NCBI RefSeq assembly: GCF_048593235.1
Contig: NC_133620.1
Location: 96,474,852 to 96,538,851 of the forward strand
Source of the DNA: Sminthopsis crassicaudata
Taxonomy: Eukaryota
DNA: 64,000 nt
Direction of reading: 5' to 3'
Made by a program: the position numbers and the translations under genes. Numbering within the stretch: position 1 is the stretch's first letter; every line of letters begins with the position of its first letter. Of the stretch, positions 1 through 12,400 are shown piece by piece. A model generated the notes under the pieces. It was given only the letters and a program-made list of their open reading frames with translations. It had not been told where the DNA came from and searched no databases.

Positions 1-162
1 CCCTTTTACAGATGAAGAAACTGAGGCAGACAATGATTAACTGACTTGTCCAAAGTCACATAAACTGTAAATGTCTAAGCAAGGATCATACTTGAGATGT
101 CCTGACTCCAATCCAGTCTTCTATCCATTGCACCAAGGTCCTTTTTGGCAATACAGACATAC

Positions 163-167
<5 letters not shown>

Positions 168-206
<39 letters not shown>
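168..206. repeat. (CA)n microsatellite
   Basis: Direct read. Confidence 0.95.
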
Positions 207-208
<2 letters not shown>

Positions 209-372
209 TACACCCTCACCCTACTATTTCACTACTGAGAATAGGAAAGGAGATAAGACTAGGCAGGCACCTGCTTTCCTAAGAAGACACCCGAGTTAAG
301 GAGAATTCTCCAAACGAAGCCAGTGAGATCCCAAATTCAAGTGGTTCTGGGAATGCTTCCTGGATATCTCAC

Positions 373-447
373 CTGGCTATCTGGAGGAGATGTGGCTTGC
401 TTTCCCCATGAGTTCTTCTTAGTAGTTACTGCCTCCTTCTTTATGTC
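373..447 (-). CDS. LAD1: LAD1 exon 9, 75 nt
   Basis: Acceptor ttctcatcag|GAC, donor CAG|gtgaga; DIKKEAVTTKKNSWGKQATSPPDSQ, which aligns by position with human EAQKASSATERTQWGQKSDSSLDAE. Confidence 0.85.
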
Positions 448-3400
448 CTGATGAGAAGAACAGTGACTGATTGAAGGAGAAGGATTCTGGACCTGGATAC
501 TTGTCTTCCCAATGTCTGTCTAGACTTCAAGGTTTCCAGATCCAATCTCTTGTGTTTGGCTTGGTCTTACTAGGAACAACTCAACCCAACTCCCTTTAAC
601 CAAAAGCCCAATCCACTCGCACTTCTTCATTTTGGGGTATTGCATTCTGAAATTCAGCCTCAACTGTCTCTGGTTGGCTGCTAATAGGAGAACTCCAAGG
701 CAATGGCTTGACCACAGGAAGGAGTTCATTACCTGAGAGTCCTGGTCTCCTCCAGAATCTTGGGTTCTGCTGATCCATAGGTTGAGCCGTGAGGTCTTCA
801 CATCTGAGAGTCTCAGGTACTCCTAGAGAGAGAAGAAAGGAGAAAGAGAGGAAGAGAGCAGAAAGGAGAGGGAGAGAGAAAGAGAAAGACAGACAGGCAG
901 AGGGGGANNNNNNNNNNNNNNNNNNNNNNNNNNNNNNNNNNNNNNNNNNNNNNNNNNNNNNNNNNNNNNNNNNNNNNNNNNNNNNNNNNNNNNNNNNNNN
1001 NNNNNNNNNNNNNNNNNNNNNNNNNNNNNNNNNNNNNNNNNNNNNNNNNNNNNNAGACAGAGAGGCACAGACAGACAGACAGAAAGAGACAGATGGGGGG
1101 GAGGAGAGGTAGAGAGAGAGAAAGTTCTAGATCACAAGGTAACAAAGAGTCTAAGATTTAGGGTTACTGGAGACAACATATCTGGGCACTTTCAAAAAGA
1201 AACCAGATTGCTACAGGCTCTGCCGCTTCCTCTCCAGCACCTGAGCACCTGAGGCTGTCCTGGCTCTGGCCCAGGCTACACCTGCATATCTTAAGAAATA
1301 AAGGATGACTCCTTATCAAGGACCTTGTAGAGTGAATTTATATATGATATAAACAAGGACTTTCCCCATCTCAAATGTCATTAGCACACAATTGAACAAC
1401 AAGCACCTACTATGGACCAGGCACTATAGTAAGTGCTGGAGATATGAAAAAAGTTAAGCAATCATCCCGCTCTCAGGGAGGTCACAGTCTAATGTGGGAG
1501 ACAAGATGTAAACAATTATGTTCCATATAAACAAGATATAAAAAATATAAATTGGAAATAATTTCAGAGGTAAGGTATTAAGACTGAGGAGTCTGGGGAA
1601 GGTCTCTTAAACTTTAGCTGAGCTTTGGAAAAAGCTAGGAGGAGGAGCATTGCAGGCATGAGGAAGGATAAACAGTGAAAAAAAAAAAATTGGGTAAACA
1701 GTTCACAGAGCTGACCCATCATAGTTCAGACAGATAATGCTGATGGATAAGTTGGACCCAGACCTAAACAGAAGGAGATTGGGCTGGATTGCCTTTGGGA
1801 ATTTATGCAGAACTTTTAATAATTCTCAAGATCCTCTCTGAGACAAAGGCCTGTCTTTTTTAATATTGCTATTCTTCTTGAGTATTTGAGTAGTTTTCCT
1901 GTGCTGCTATGTAACAGAGTCTTGGAATGGTACAGTCTCAGAAAAATTAAATTCCACAAATGTCAATGAAGAGGCACATGGTGGGGCTGAGTAGGCTCTA
2001 CTAGGAGATGTCAATAAAGAGAAAAATGGGCAAAGTAAGGATTTAGGAGCCCAGATTTAAAGCTGAAAGAGAACTTAGAGATAATGGAATCCAGCTTCTT
2101 CATATTATGGATGAGGAAACTGAGGACTATGAAAGTTAAGTACCCAATCTTAGGTTTGTTTCACAGTAACTCCCAGTCCAATCCTCTACCCACTATAGCT
2201 TAGTGTAATGCCTGGCACATAATAAACACATAATAAATGTCTGATTGTAACATGTAGCTCAAATGATGTAGCAAAAATGAGGTATAACCTGTCCCTAACA
2301 CCCCACTGCTATCCATGAAAATGTTTCCATCTGAGCCAGCCATGGTGTTGGCAAGGCTCTAGGTGCTGGGCCAGGGATGGTATGTCTGGTTAGTGTCAGG
2401 AGGATGCCTACAAACATATACCTAAGATTACTATACTTTGTGTACCAATAATTAGAACACATGGTCTGATAAAGGATATTCCTTTTGCAAAGCCTTGTTA
2501 AAAATATACTCCACGTCCCCCTCTACTCCTGCCTTGGAATTAGAATTATTCCAGAATATGCAGGAGATTTGCATACCACCCTACTTCAGGAGTTGTAGAA
2601 GGAAGGTAATTTTCCCCTGCCTCCCCACTCTAGAAAAGGTCCCAGATAGAGGAGAAATTCAGACAGAGAGAGAAGCCTGACATGGACCTTCCTTACCTTC
2701 CTGCTCAATGCTGGCTCAGCCTTGCTATTCCTGACCTGCTCCTTCTCAAAAAGGCTCCTCTTGCTGGCCACCCCAACAGGAGTCACAAAGAACTCAGTCC
2801 GGGAAGAGCCTGGAGACTTGACAGATGCTGATCTCTGAGAACAAAGAAAACAGAAATCATTCAATCACTCTGAGGCAAGGATAGAGTGGGAGATGGAACA
2901 AAGGTTGGGGAGGGATGGGAGGAAGAAAGGAAAGGAAAATGAACTCCATAAGTTCCAGGGACTTTGGCATAAGGGATAACCCCCTTACTCCTCCAGGTTT
3001 TTCTTCTACCTATATACCTGGATAGGATAGGGCCCTTCCCTTTCTCCACATATTTGGGCCTGATTCTGCCCACTCACCTGTATAGCTGTGTGGTATCTCT
3101 CCAACTTCTCCCCTAACTTGACTGTGTTGCTCGGAAGCCTCACGCTGGCACTGGGAGGAGGAAGAGGAGAATAAGAGGAAAAATAGGAAGAGGAAGATGA
3201 GGGAAGGGGAGGAAGTAAAAGAGGAAAAAGAGGAAGAGAGAAATGGAGGAAAGTATAGCAAGAGAAAGGAGTTGGTTAGAAGATCCACCAAGATAAAGTC
3301 TCTGTTCTGAATCCCTAGGAATGGAGGGCAGGGCTGGGGGTTCTGCATCAATTAATCTCTCTCCCTCCATCTCCCTAAAGGGCTAGAACCATTAAGAGAG

Positions 3401-6400
3401 CAGTTGTGCACCCAGCCTGCCACCTGGTGCCAAAGATGAGCACTTCAAGGATTCTGTTGATTTATACTCTCCCAATTGAAGCTGAAAATGGTTTCTGGCT
3501 CAGTTGTTCATTTGGTTCTCACTCTGCCCAGCAAAACTACCCTTAGAACAATGATTACATAAGAAAAAAAAAACATTAAGAAGAAAGAACATTTTGGGGG
3601 TGGAGCCCCCCACTTGCTCCAATCCAGAACAATGCCAGCTGTGCTCAGTAGATTATAATCTATTCTATTTGTACTTTAGGAAAGGAAAAGAAGGAGGAAT
3701 AAAGGGAACAATGTTTCTAATTTTTTCCTTAAGGTATGTGCTCATCAGATTGGGAACTCCCTGAAAGTGGGGATTGAATTTCCAGCCTCAGCCAGGGAGT
3801 TTCCTAAGGACAAAAGTAAGACAGTCTCCATCAGATTGAAAATATCTAAGAAAGAGGGTCATTCATGCCCCACCTTATACACCCACCCTATTCTGCATCC
3901 CCAACTTTCCATCCCTTAACTCAGGATATAGACAATTCTCAGTATGGCAAAGTGACTGACACTGCTCTGCCCTCATCAAAAATCCCAAATCCCATAGCTG
4001 CCCATTACACCTTTCCTTGGGCAGAGGGATGGAAGCTGGAAATGAATAAGCCTAACTACGTACTCTAACTAAGGGTCTTTCCTTAACTGTCTCTGAGGCA
4101 TTAGGAACCCTCCAACTTTCTGTCCCATTCATGCCCAGTTCTCCTCAAAGATCTCTTTTTTAATTTTAAAGATCTCCTTTAAACAAGCCTTCTTCACTTC
4201 CCATTTCTGCCTAGTCCACCTCAAAATTTCCTTTTGACCTCCCAATCTTCTCCCTTCCATTATTTCTAAGGATTGCTGGGCACCCTAACTTATCAAACCC
4301 TTCACTAAAAAAGGAGCTAGATTCTGTTCCAGATAGGACAGGAAAGGCTCTGGGTGAAGAACATCAAGACTAAGGAACAAAAGGAACATAATGGCAATAA
4401 ACCCTGAGAATTCATTGGTTCAAGAGATGCATCAGATGCCATAGGCATATAAATAGATTAGTTTTCCTTATTCTCAGATCTATGATTGCATCCATCCTCT
4501 GCTCAAAAGTCTTTAATGGCTCCCACCTTCCAAATGAGAAGTTGTCAAGTAGGGAGGAAAGAGCCCCCATGAAGTTTAAAATCTTAGAGTTTAAAGATTG
4601 ATTATAACAAGTCAGCTTGGTAATATATATCCTCAGTTTTCACATCTGTAAAATGAGGGCAATAATAATGGCATATTACAGGACTCACAGAATTGTGAAG
4701 AAATTATTTTATGAACTAAGAAAAGCTATATAAATATGGACTATTACTACAAATGAGCCGCTAGATGGAGCTACAGTGCATAAAGTGTTGGATTTGAAGT
4801 GAGGAAGATCATTTTCCTGAGTTCAAATTCAGTTTTGCACATTACTAGATATATGATCCTAGGCAAGTCATTTAAACCTATTTGCCTCAGTTTATCTGTA
4901 AAATTAGCTGGAGAAGGAAATGACAAGCTACTCCAAAGTATTTCTGCCAAGAGACCCCAAATGGGGTCATGGAGAGTCAGATACAACTGAACAATAAAAT
5001 TACTATAAAGTCCAGATTTCTTTCTTTCAAGTCTTCTGTAACAGCACCACTCTACCTTTTGGTCTTCTTTCATACTATTCCCCCACATGCTCTGGCTCTA
5101 AGCCAGGGTTCCCTCAAAATATTGCACAATTCCAAATTTATGTCTGCTCTCTCTTTCTTAAATGCCCCTTTCCCCCATATTTTTTCTCATCCTTCATAAC
5201 CCAGCTCAAATGGTACCTCTGAATCCCCTCCTCCTCCAAAGTCAGTAATGACTATAGGAGCAGAGATTTAGAGACCATGTGATAAACTGAAACCAAGGGA
5301 GGCTAAGTGACTTCTAGATTGTAAGCCTTCAAGGGCAGGCTCAGTATCTTGATTATTTCTTTAACATTTAGCACAGTGCTCTTGTATTCTCCAGGGACAT
5401 TATTTACATTTACAACTGAAATTGATTCAAAAAGAATTTCAATGATATCATTAGTAAGAAAAATCAGAGTATCCAAGAAATATACTTTTCCTTTTAAGCT
5501 TCCCTTGTACATTCTAGACTGACTGCAACATTGCTCAAAACCAATATGGTTATTCTTGTGTTGCTATATTCTGCAGTATTCTCAAAGAACCATCATCTTC
5601 CTCTTTTCCCCTATATTTATTCTGTATCCCTATCTGGGCTGCCCTCACTCTTCTCAATTCCTATCCAACTTTCAAAGCCCAGCTTTCCACCTTTTTGCAT
5701 GAAGTCCTCCCAGATCATCCCAGCCTCAGGCCTTCTGTGACTTCCTTCAAAATTTATTCCCAGAATCCCTTCTTTCATCACTATGATTTTGGCCTCTCTA
5801 GATGAGACTATATGGTCCCTGGGTAGAGGAGCCACATTCTGGACTTCTCTTGCAATCCCATACAGAGCTGGGCACAGGGAAAGTGTTTAGTAGAGGTAAA
5901 AGAGAGGGGCAGCCCCTCCCCAAACCCTTACCTACGGGTCAATGTTGTCTCTGGGTTTTCTTTCCTAGTGTTCATCTGAAAAGAGAGAGGAAAAATGATA
6001 GTGAGGAAGGAAAACACAGAAGACTCCCCTTAAGGATTGCGAATTCAGAGTCTTTCTATCCCTAGCTATCTACTCATATTACCTCTTTGTTAGAAAGAAA
6101 GAAAATTCTGGCTAAATGTTCACAAAATTCAGTGAGAAAAACAGCTTTCATAGTCTACACTTGAATACTGGTGTAATTAGACAGTGAATCTATGAGCCTT
6201 GATTATAGAGCTCAGGTAATAAGGTAATTCTGGGAAAAGAATGATACTGCCCTCATTTCTTACCTTCTTGTGGGCCAGAAAGTGTTCTATGGATATTAGA
6301 TGAGAGCTCCTTGTGTATGGTGGTAATGGTAAGTGGGAGTTTTGTGGAATGGGCCATAAGGTGGAAAGGATCAATGATTTAGAAGCCATTAGGGAAGTAT

Positions 6401-9400
6401 AGGATATAATATGGGATTTATTATTAGTTATAGTTAATTAAAGAATTAATAATCCAATTACAGATTATTAAGCAAGATTATAAATTATAAAATACTTTAT
6501 TAAACAATAAAAATTATTAATGATAATACTTGACATTCACATGCTATCCTAAAGTTTTCAAAGCACTTTACATAATCTTTAAGACAACCCTTCAATAAAC
6601 TGGTAAGGTTGGTACCATAGGTACAATTTTATAGATGCAGAAACTGAGTTTTAGAGAGGTTAAGTGACATACGAATGACCACACTGTCAGTAAGTAGGAT
6701 TTGAATTTGGGTCTCCCCTTATTCTAGGTCTAACAGTCTTTGTACAACTAATACTTTCTCATAAAGTACAAGTTGGGAAATACACGGTAATAAGCATGAA
6801 TTATATGATAAGGTTTACATTGTACAGGGAAGAAGGAGTCATGGTTTAGGAATTATATGATTGTACAGTACAGGTTGGGATTTCTGTTATATAGTGAGAG
6901 TGAGAATTATATGGTAGGAGTATCCTCAAGGAATTATGGCTCCTAGATATACAGGATCATAGATTTAGAGTTGAAAGATTTTAAAGGGCATCCGATCCAA
7001 CTCCCTCATTCCATAAAGGAGGAAACCGAGGCTCTGAGAAGGTCTATGGTTTATTAAGACTCATATAGACAAGTGAGTGTCAGAGATGGGATTGAAGTCA
7101 TCTATACCAAGATGTCTGGTGTGGGTGAGGTTAGATTGTACACAGCGGAAATTTTTGGTAGGGACACATGCTATGTTCACTTCTTTTTTCTGTCCCTTTA
7201 TCTCTCCCATGGTTTTCCCCATTTGCTCTGATTTTTTTCTCCCAACAAAATTCATAAAACAATGTATATTAAAAATAAATAAACTAAAAAAACCTTTGAT
7301 TTCCTAGTTATGTGGTAAAAAGGAGGAGCTCTTTAAGGATAATGTACAGTAGAGGTGGGTGGGTACAGGGTACTCCCAGCACATGGGACTTGTTTGTCCT
7401 TTGTTTTCAAAGAGAGCCAATGACACTATAATGTCTTGATTTGTTCGAGAATTGGATTTAAGTGAGGCAGAGCTAACAAAAGCCATGAGCCTTATTCTCT
7501 CTTCCAGAGTCATCCAAGTCCAGTGGCAGGACAAAAGTCAAGATGGCCCAGGAGGCAATGCATGACCTTGGCATCTTAAATGCCTGATTAAACTCACTTT
7601 AGCCACCTTCACGTCTCTTAGAACAAATTGTTCTCATCTGCTCATTCCACCAGGCAAGTCTTCACATGAGTCTAGATTTAGAGGCCATTTAGCCCAACCC
7701 ACTCATTTTATAGGTGAGTAAACTGAAACTCAGAGAAACAAAGTGATTTCTAGACAGGAAGATCTGCGATGTGGAGAGTTGTGAGATGGAAGGAGGGGTA
7801 GGTGGTGAAAGGTGGTAGTTGTATGATAAAGGAGAAAGCGGGCATGGCTCCAGCCACCCCCATATACATGATCTGCTTTGCAACTCTTGTCTTCCCCACT
7901 AGGTGTGGCTGCCCATGTTAGAAAACCCTGTATTTATCACCCAAGTACCAATTTGGCCATTTAGGTCCTCTGCAAGGTACTGATTGCTTATTTCTATTTA
8001 ACTTATTTGTAAAATGTTCTAACTCCTCCAGTAGTCACCTAATATCAGGAAGGTCTTCTATGACAGTTACCTAACTCCCTCATGCTATATATAAAAGTTA
8101 CCCATGCCATGCCATGTAGAGAGACAAGTAGTCTATAGTTCGCTTGAATAGAGACCTTTCTCTCTCCTCTGACCCTTACCCGAAAGGAGATAGTTCTAGG
8201 GCTGGAGCGTGTGAGGGAGCTGCTGTAGGTGCCCTGGCTTGGAGAGGTCACTTCGGTTTCTGCCTCTTTGCTTGGGATTTTCACCTGGAAGAGAGAACAG
8301 CAAGTTTGTCTAGGTCTGGAACACTTATAGGGTATTTGTCACAGTTCTTTGGAACCTCATATGTGAGCTAGAATGGACCCCACAGGTGTAGACTAAGCTG
8401 AACCCATAACTGGTGAGGAAAATATGAAATCATGGAGTTTGAAGCTGAAAGGAAACTTGGAGGTTATTTTCCTTTAATCCCATAGACTTTGGACAGAAAA
8501 TGACATTTGCAAAAAGAGAAAGAACTAAAAAGATGGATATAAATCAACACATGTTATGTTCACTTCTTTTTTTTTTTGTATTTTTATCTCTCCCATGGTT
8601 TTTCCCGTTTGCTCTGATTTTTCTCTCTCAACATAATTCATTTTAAAAGTATATTAAAAATAAACTAAAAAATATTATTTTTCTTTAATTTCCTAGTTAT
8701 GTGGTAAAACAGAGGAGCTCTTTAGAGATAATGTGAAGTAGAGGTGGGTATAGAGTGTTTCCACTCTCATCCCCAGTCCAATATTCCTCCAGGAAGGCAT
8801 GTCCAATCTCCAAGGCTGGGATAAATACCAATATCAGTCCATTAAGTATAATTTTAGGAGAAGGTACAACTAGGAACAACTAGGTACCTAGGGCAGGGCT
8901 TCTGGCAGCAAGGAAACTGTTGATGTCTCAGAGTAAATGTAGAAAGGTTCAAGAAGAAGGGGGAGTAGCAAATTTTGAGATAGGCCCACTCAGTCCATAA
9001 GTATTCCTTTAATACTCATATCAACTGAATTTAAAATGTAATGTAATTCATGTTTATTGTATTTTTGTTTATTTTGTTTAATATTTCCCATTCTTAATCT
9101 AGTCCAGAGACTGAATGTGTTTGACACCTCTGCTCTGAAAAACATGAAGGAAGAATTTTCTCTAAGACCAAACTCAGTCAGTGATGTCTGAAGGGCTTTT
9201 TAAGGATTCCAAAGGCTTCTGAGGAAAGTTGTTTGAATGAATGAAAAAGCACTTATTTAGCACTTACTGCATACAGAGTATAGTAATACTGGTTGAAGTT
9301 GGGATAGGACAGGAAGATATGGGGCAAAGGTGGAGGGTGGAGAATAGAGCCAAGGACCAAGACATTACCCACCTGGAGGGTGAAGGGCCGGAAACGAGAA

Positions 9401-12400
9401 GCCACTGGCTGAGGTTCAGACTTCATCTCCTCTCTAGGTGCCTCTGAAGAGGGTGACTTCTCCGAGGTCTCCCTTCTTTTTGGCTCTTTCTTTTCTGGCA
9501 CATCTCTCTCAGAGTCCTTTTGCTCTTGAGTCTGAACTGGAGGCTGCTCCAGACCCAGTTTCCTGGAGGCTATTACTTTTTCCCTAACTGAGCCCTTCTC
9601 TGGAGTCAGTGCTTTCTCCTGAGATGTCCTCTCAAAAGCCAGTGCTCTCTCCCGAGTTGATAACTTCTTTGGGATTAAAGACTCCTCAGAGACTGACCCT
9701 TTCTCTGAAACTAATACCTTCTCCCAACTTGATGTCTTCACTGAAGTCAATGCCTTCTCTCCAGCTAATACCTTCTTTGGGGCTAATGCTTCCTCAGGAA
9801 CCAATGTCTTTTCTGTGAATGATGCTTTTTCAAAAACAGATCTCCTCTCTGAAGTTAATTTTTTCTCTGGAGTTGTCTGGTGTTGGGGTAATGTCTTCTC
9901 TGAAGCTCTTTTTCTCTCTGGAGCTGCCTGGTCCTGGTCTGGTATCTTCTCTGAAGTGAATGTTTTCTCTGGAGTTGCCTGGTTTGGGGCCGGCATCTTT
10001 TCTGTTGATGGTTTTCTCTCTGGAGCTGTCTGGTCCTGGATCGGTGTCTTTTCTGGGGTCGAAACTGTCCTTTGGTCCAAAGTCTTCACAGTCTTTGTCT
10101 CTCCTCCCTCTGAACTCTTCTCATCTATGGCCCAAAGTCCCCTCTGCTTTTGGCTCAATTTTCGTCTGGGTGGAGGTACCATGTCCTTCTGGGGCACTGA
10201 GGGCTCCTGTGTGGCTGACTCCGTACTCTGGCTATCCTTTTTCTTCTCTACCTCTAGCTGCTCCTTGATGGAGGACTGGGAAGCCTCCATGGCTTGCCTC
10301 CGCAGTCGCCGCTCCTGCCTCGTTCTTAGAACTGCCTGGAAATTCTCATCCTCTTCATCTTTGATGGATGAATGACGCTTAGGAGTCTCAGTTTCCTCCA
10401 GGCTTGGGAGCCTGTAAGAGAGGAGGCAGGTATAATACAGACAACTGGGTCTATTTTTTGTTCCTTATACATGAATGAACTTCTATATTTTGCCTACATG
10501 CTCTCGTTCCCTATGTCTGGAAAGCTTACTCTACTTTTCTATGTGGATCTTTTGCTGTTTTCAAAGCAGTTTGGATGTTCCCTTTTATAGGGAGCCTTCC
10601 CTGATTAATCTGATTGGTAGTTTTCTTTTTACCACAACTACCCAGAGTTACTTTTTTATTTACTTGTTAGATATTTTGTATATTCTTTCCCCACCCCAAG
10701 TTACTTTTTCTATTTCCTTGGTAGATATTTTGTATATTCTTTCCTATTACCATTTCTCCCTGGTAGGATATAAGCTCCTTGAGAATAGAACTGCTTTTTT
10801 AAACTTTGGATTCAAAGAATCTTGGGTAGGGTGTACATAGTCAACACAGCACAAATTCTTAAACTTAATAGAGATTTGGGACAAGTCTTATGTAACATGT
10901 GAGTTAGATGATCCCGTGGAAAACTGACAAGGGGTATCAAAGAGCACTCAATTTCTATTTTTATAGATAAAATGGTAAAAGTAAGGATAGTCTGACAAAG
11001 TGACTCATTCAAAGTCACAACGTGACATAACTAGGCTCAGAATACAAGATTCCCAAGGTTTATTTCTGTACTCTTTCCACTATACTGAAATTTTTGTTGC
11101 TGAGTCTTTTTCAGTTGCTTGAAACTCTTTGTGACCCCATTTGGAGTTTTCTTTTGCAAAATTGCTGGAGTGGTTTGCCATTTCTTCCTCCCGCTCATTT
11201 TATAGAAGAGGAAATGAAGGCAAACAAAGTAAAGTGACTGGCTTAAGATCATACAGTTAATAAGTATCTGAGGTCAGATTTGAACTCAGGGAGATGAATC
11301 TTCCTGACTCTAGCCGCGATAATCTGTCCATTGTGCTACCGAGCCATCCCAACAATGGTTTGACTTTTAATTTTCAATTATGGAAGAGAAAATAGTTTGG
11401 ACTGGGTTGAGGAAGGGGTTTGAGAAGAGCCTTGGGGCACACTTTCATCACATCAGCCTCAGTATCTCTTTGCTTCCTTTTCTCCTCACTCAGTTAAGTC
11501 ATAGAGTCTTAACCTCATAGAATTAAGGTTGGAAAAGACTTCATGCATCTAGTCCAACCTTTTTTTATTAAGATGAAGAAACTGAGGAGCAGAGAAGTCA
11601 ATTGCCTTAGATAACACAAAGCAATAAATGTCAGAGAGAGCTTTGGACCCCAGTCTTCAAACGATAGAACTAGTCACCTTTCTACTATGATACAGAGGGG
11701 AAACTAACTCCCTGCTCTCCTCTTCTCTCTCCTTCCCCAACTCCTGGGGAGCACAAGCAGATACGTACCTCTCCACTGCTGGCTGACCTCCATTGTGGGC
11801 AAACTTTGGGGCTTCATCATCTGTGGTTGAACTCAAATTTCGATGCCTTCGCCGACGTTCTCGTTCCTGCTCCTCCTCATCCTCCAAGGTCCTTTGCCTT
11901 GCCAAGCTGCAATTGAGAAGAGGAAATGAAGGGATATAAAAGAGGTCTTAGACCACATGAGCTGCTGAGCTTCTAGATTTTCAGGGTAGTCCAATGGGAA
12001 ACCCAGTAATAACCAATTTACAGGTAGCAATTGAAGGATTGCAAAACACTTTAAGCACATTTTCTCATTTCATCTGGAGCCAGAGGGGAATTTCTAGCCC
12101 AACCCCCAATTTGACAGATCAGGAAACTGAGCCCCAGAAAGTTTAAAGGTCTAGCTTTTAGTAAAGCTAAAATTAAAGACATAGTGACAAAAGCCAAGGA
12201 TTTTTTTATTGGAGCTTCTCAGGAATCCTGAAATGAAAACATAAAGCATTGCAGCTTAAATTTTATACTTTATAAACTTTATACTTTATACAAAGAGAGC
12301 ATCATTGTTGAGCATGGTTAAATAATCAACTTCTCTGCAAATCATTGAATCCCAGAATACTAGAATCAGAAGATGCTTCAAATTGGGTCCTCTAGGCCAT

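Larger units (their letters stand above)
7164..8756 (+). repeat. Dispersed direct repeat of about 200 bp (7164-7370 and 8547-8756)
   Basis: Both copies contain an L1 3' tail plus the same about 70-bp downstream flank (tttcctagttatgtggtaaaa..gaggagctcttta..gataatgt..agtagaggtgggt). Confidence 0.85.

Noticed and set aside
259-277. Possible LAD1 terminal exon aaagcag|GTG CCT GCC TAG
   Set aside because: No convincing pyrimidine tract, and the intron would be only about 100 nt. The true last exon more likely lies beyond the window start, although this is not excluded.
789-1145. ORFs spanning N runs (also 20282-20818 and 53381-53800)
   Set aside because: Artefacts of assembly gaps and simple repeats.
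9815-10375. 186-aa plus-strand ORF
   Set aside because: Antisense shadow of the repetitive LAD1 exon 3.
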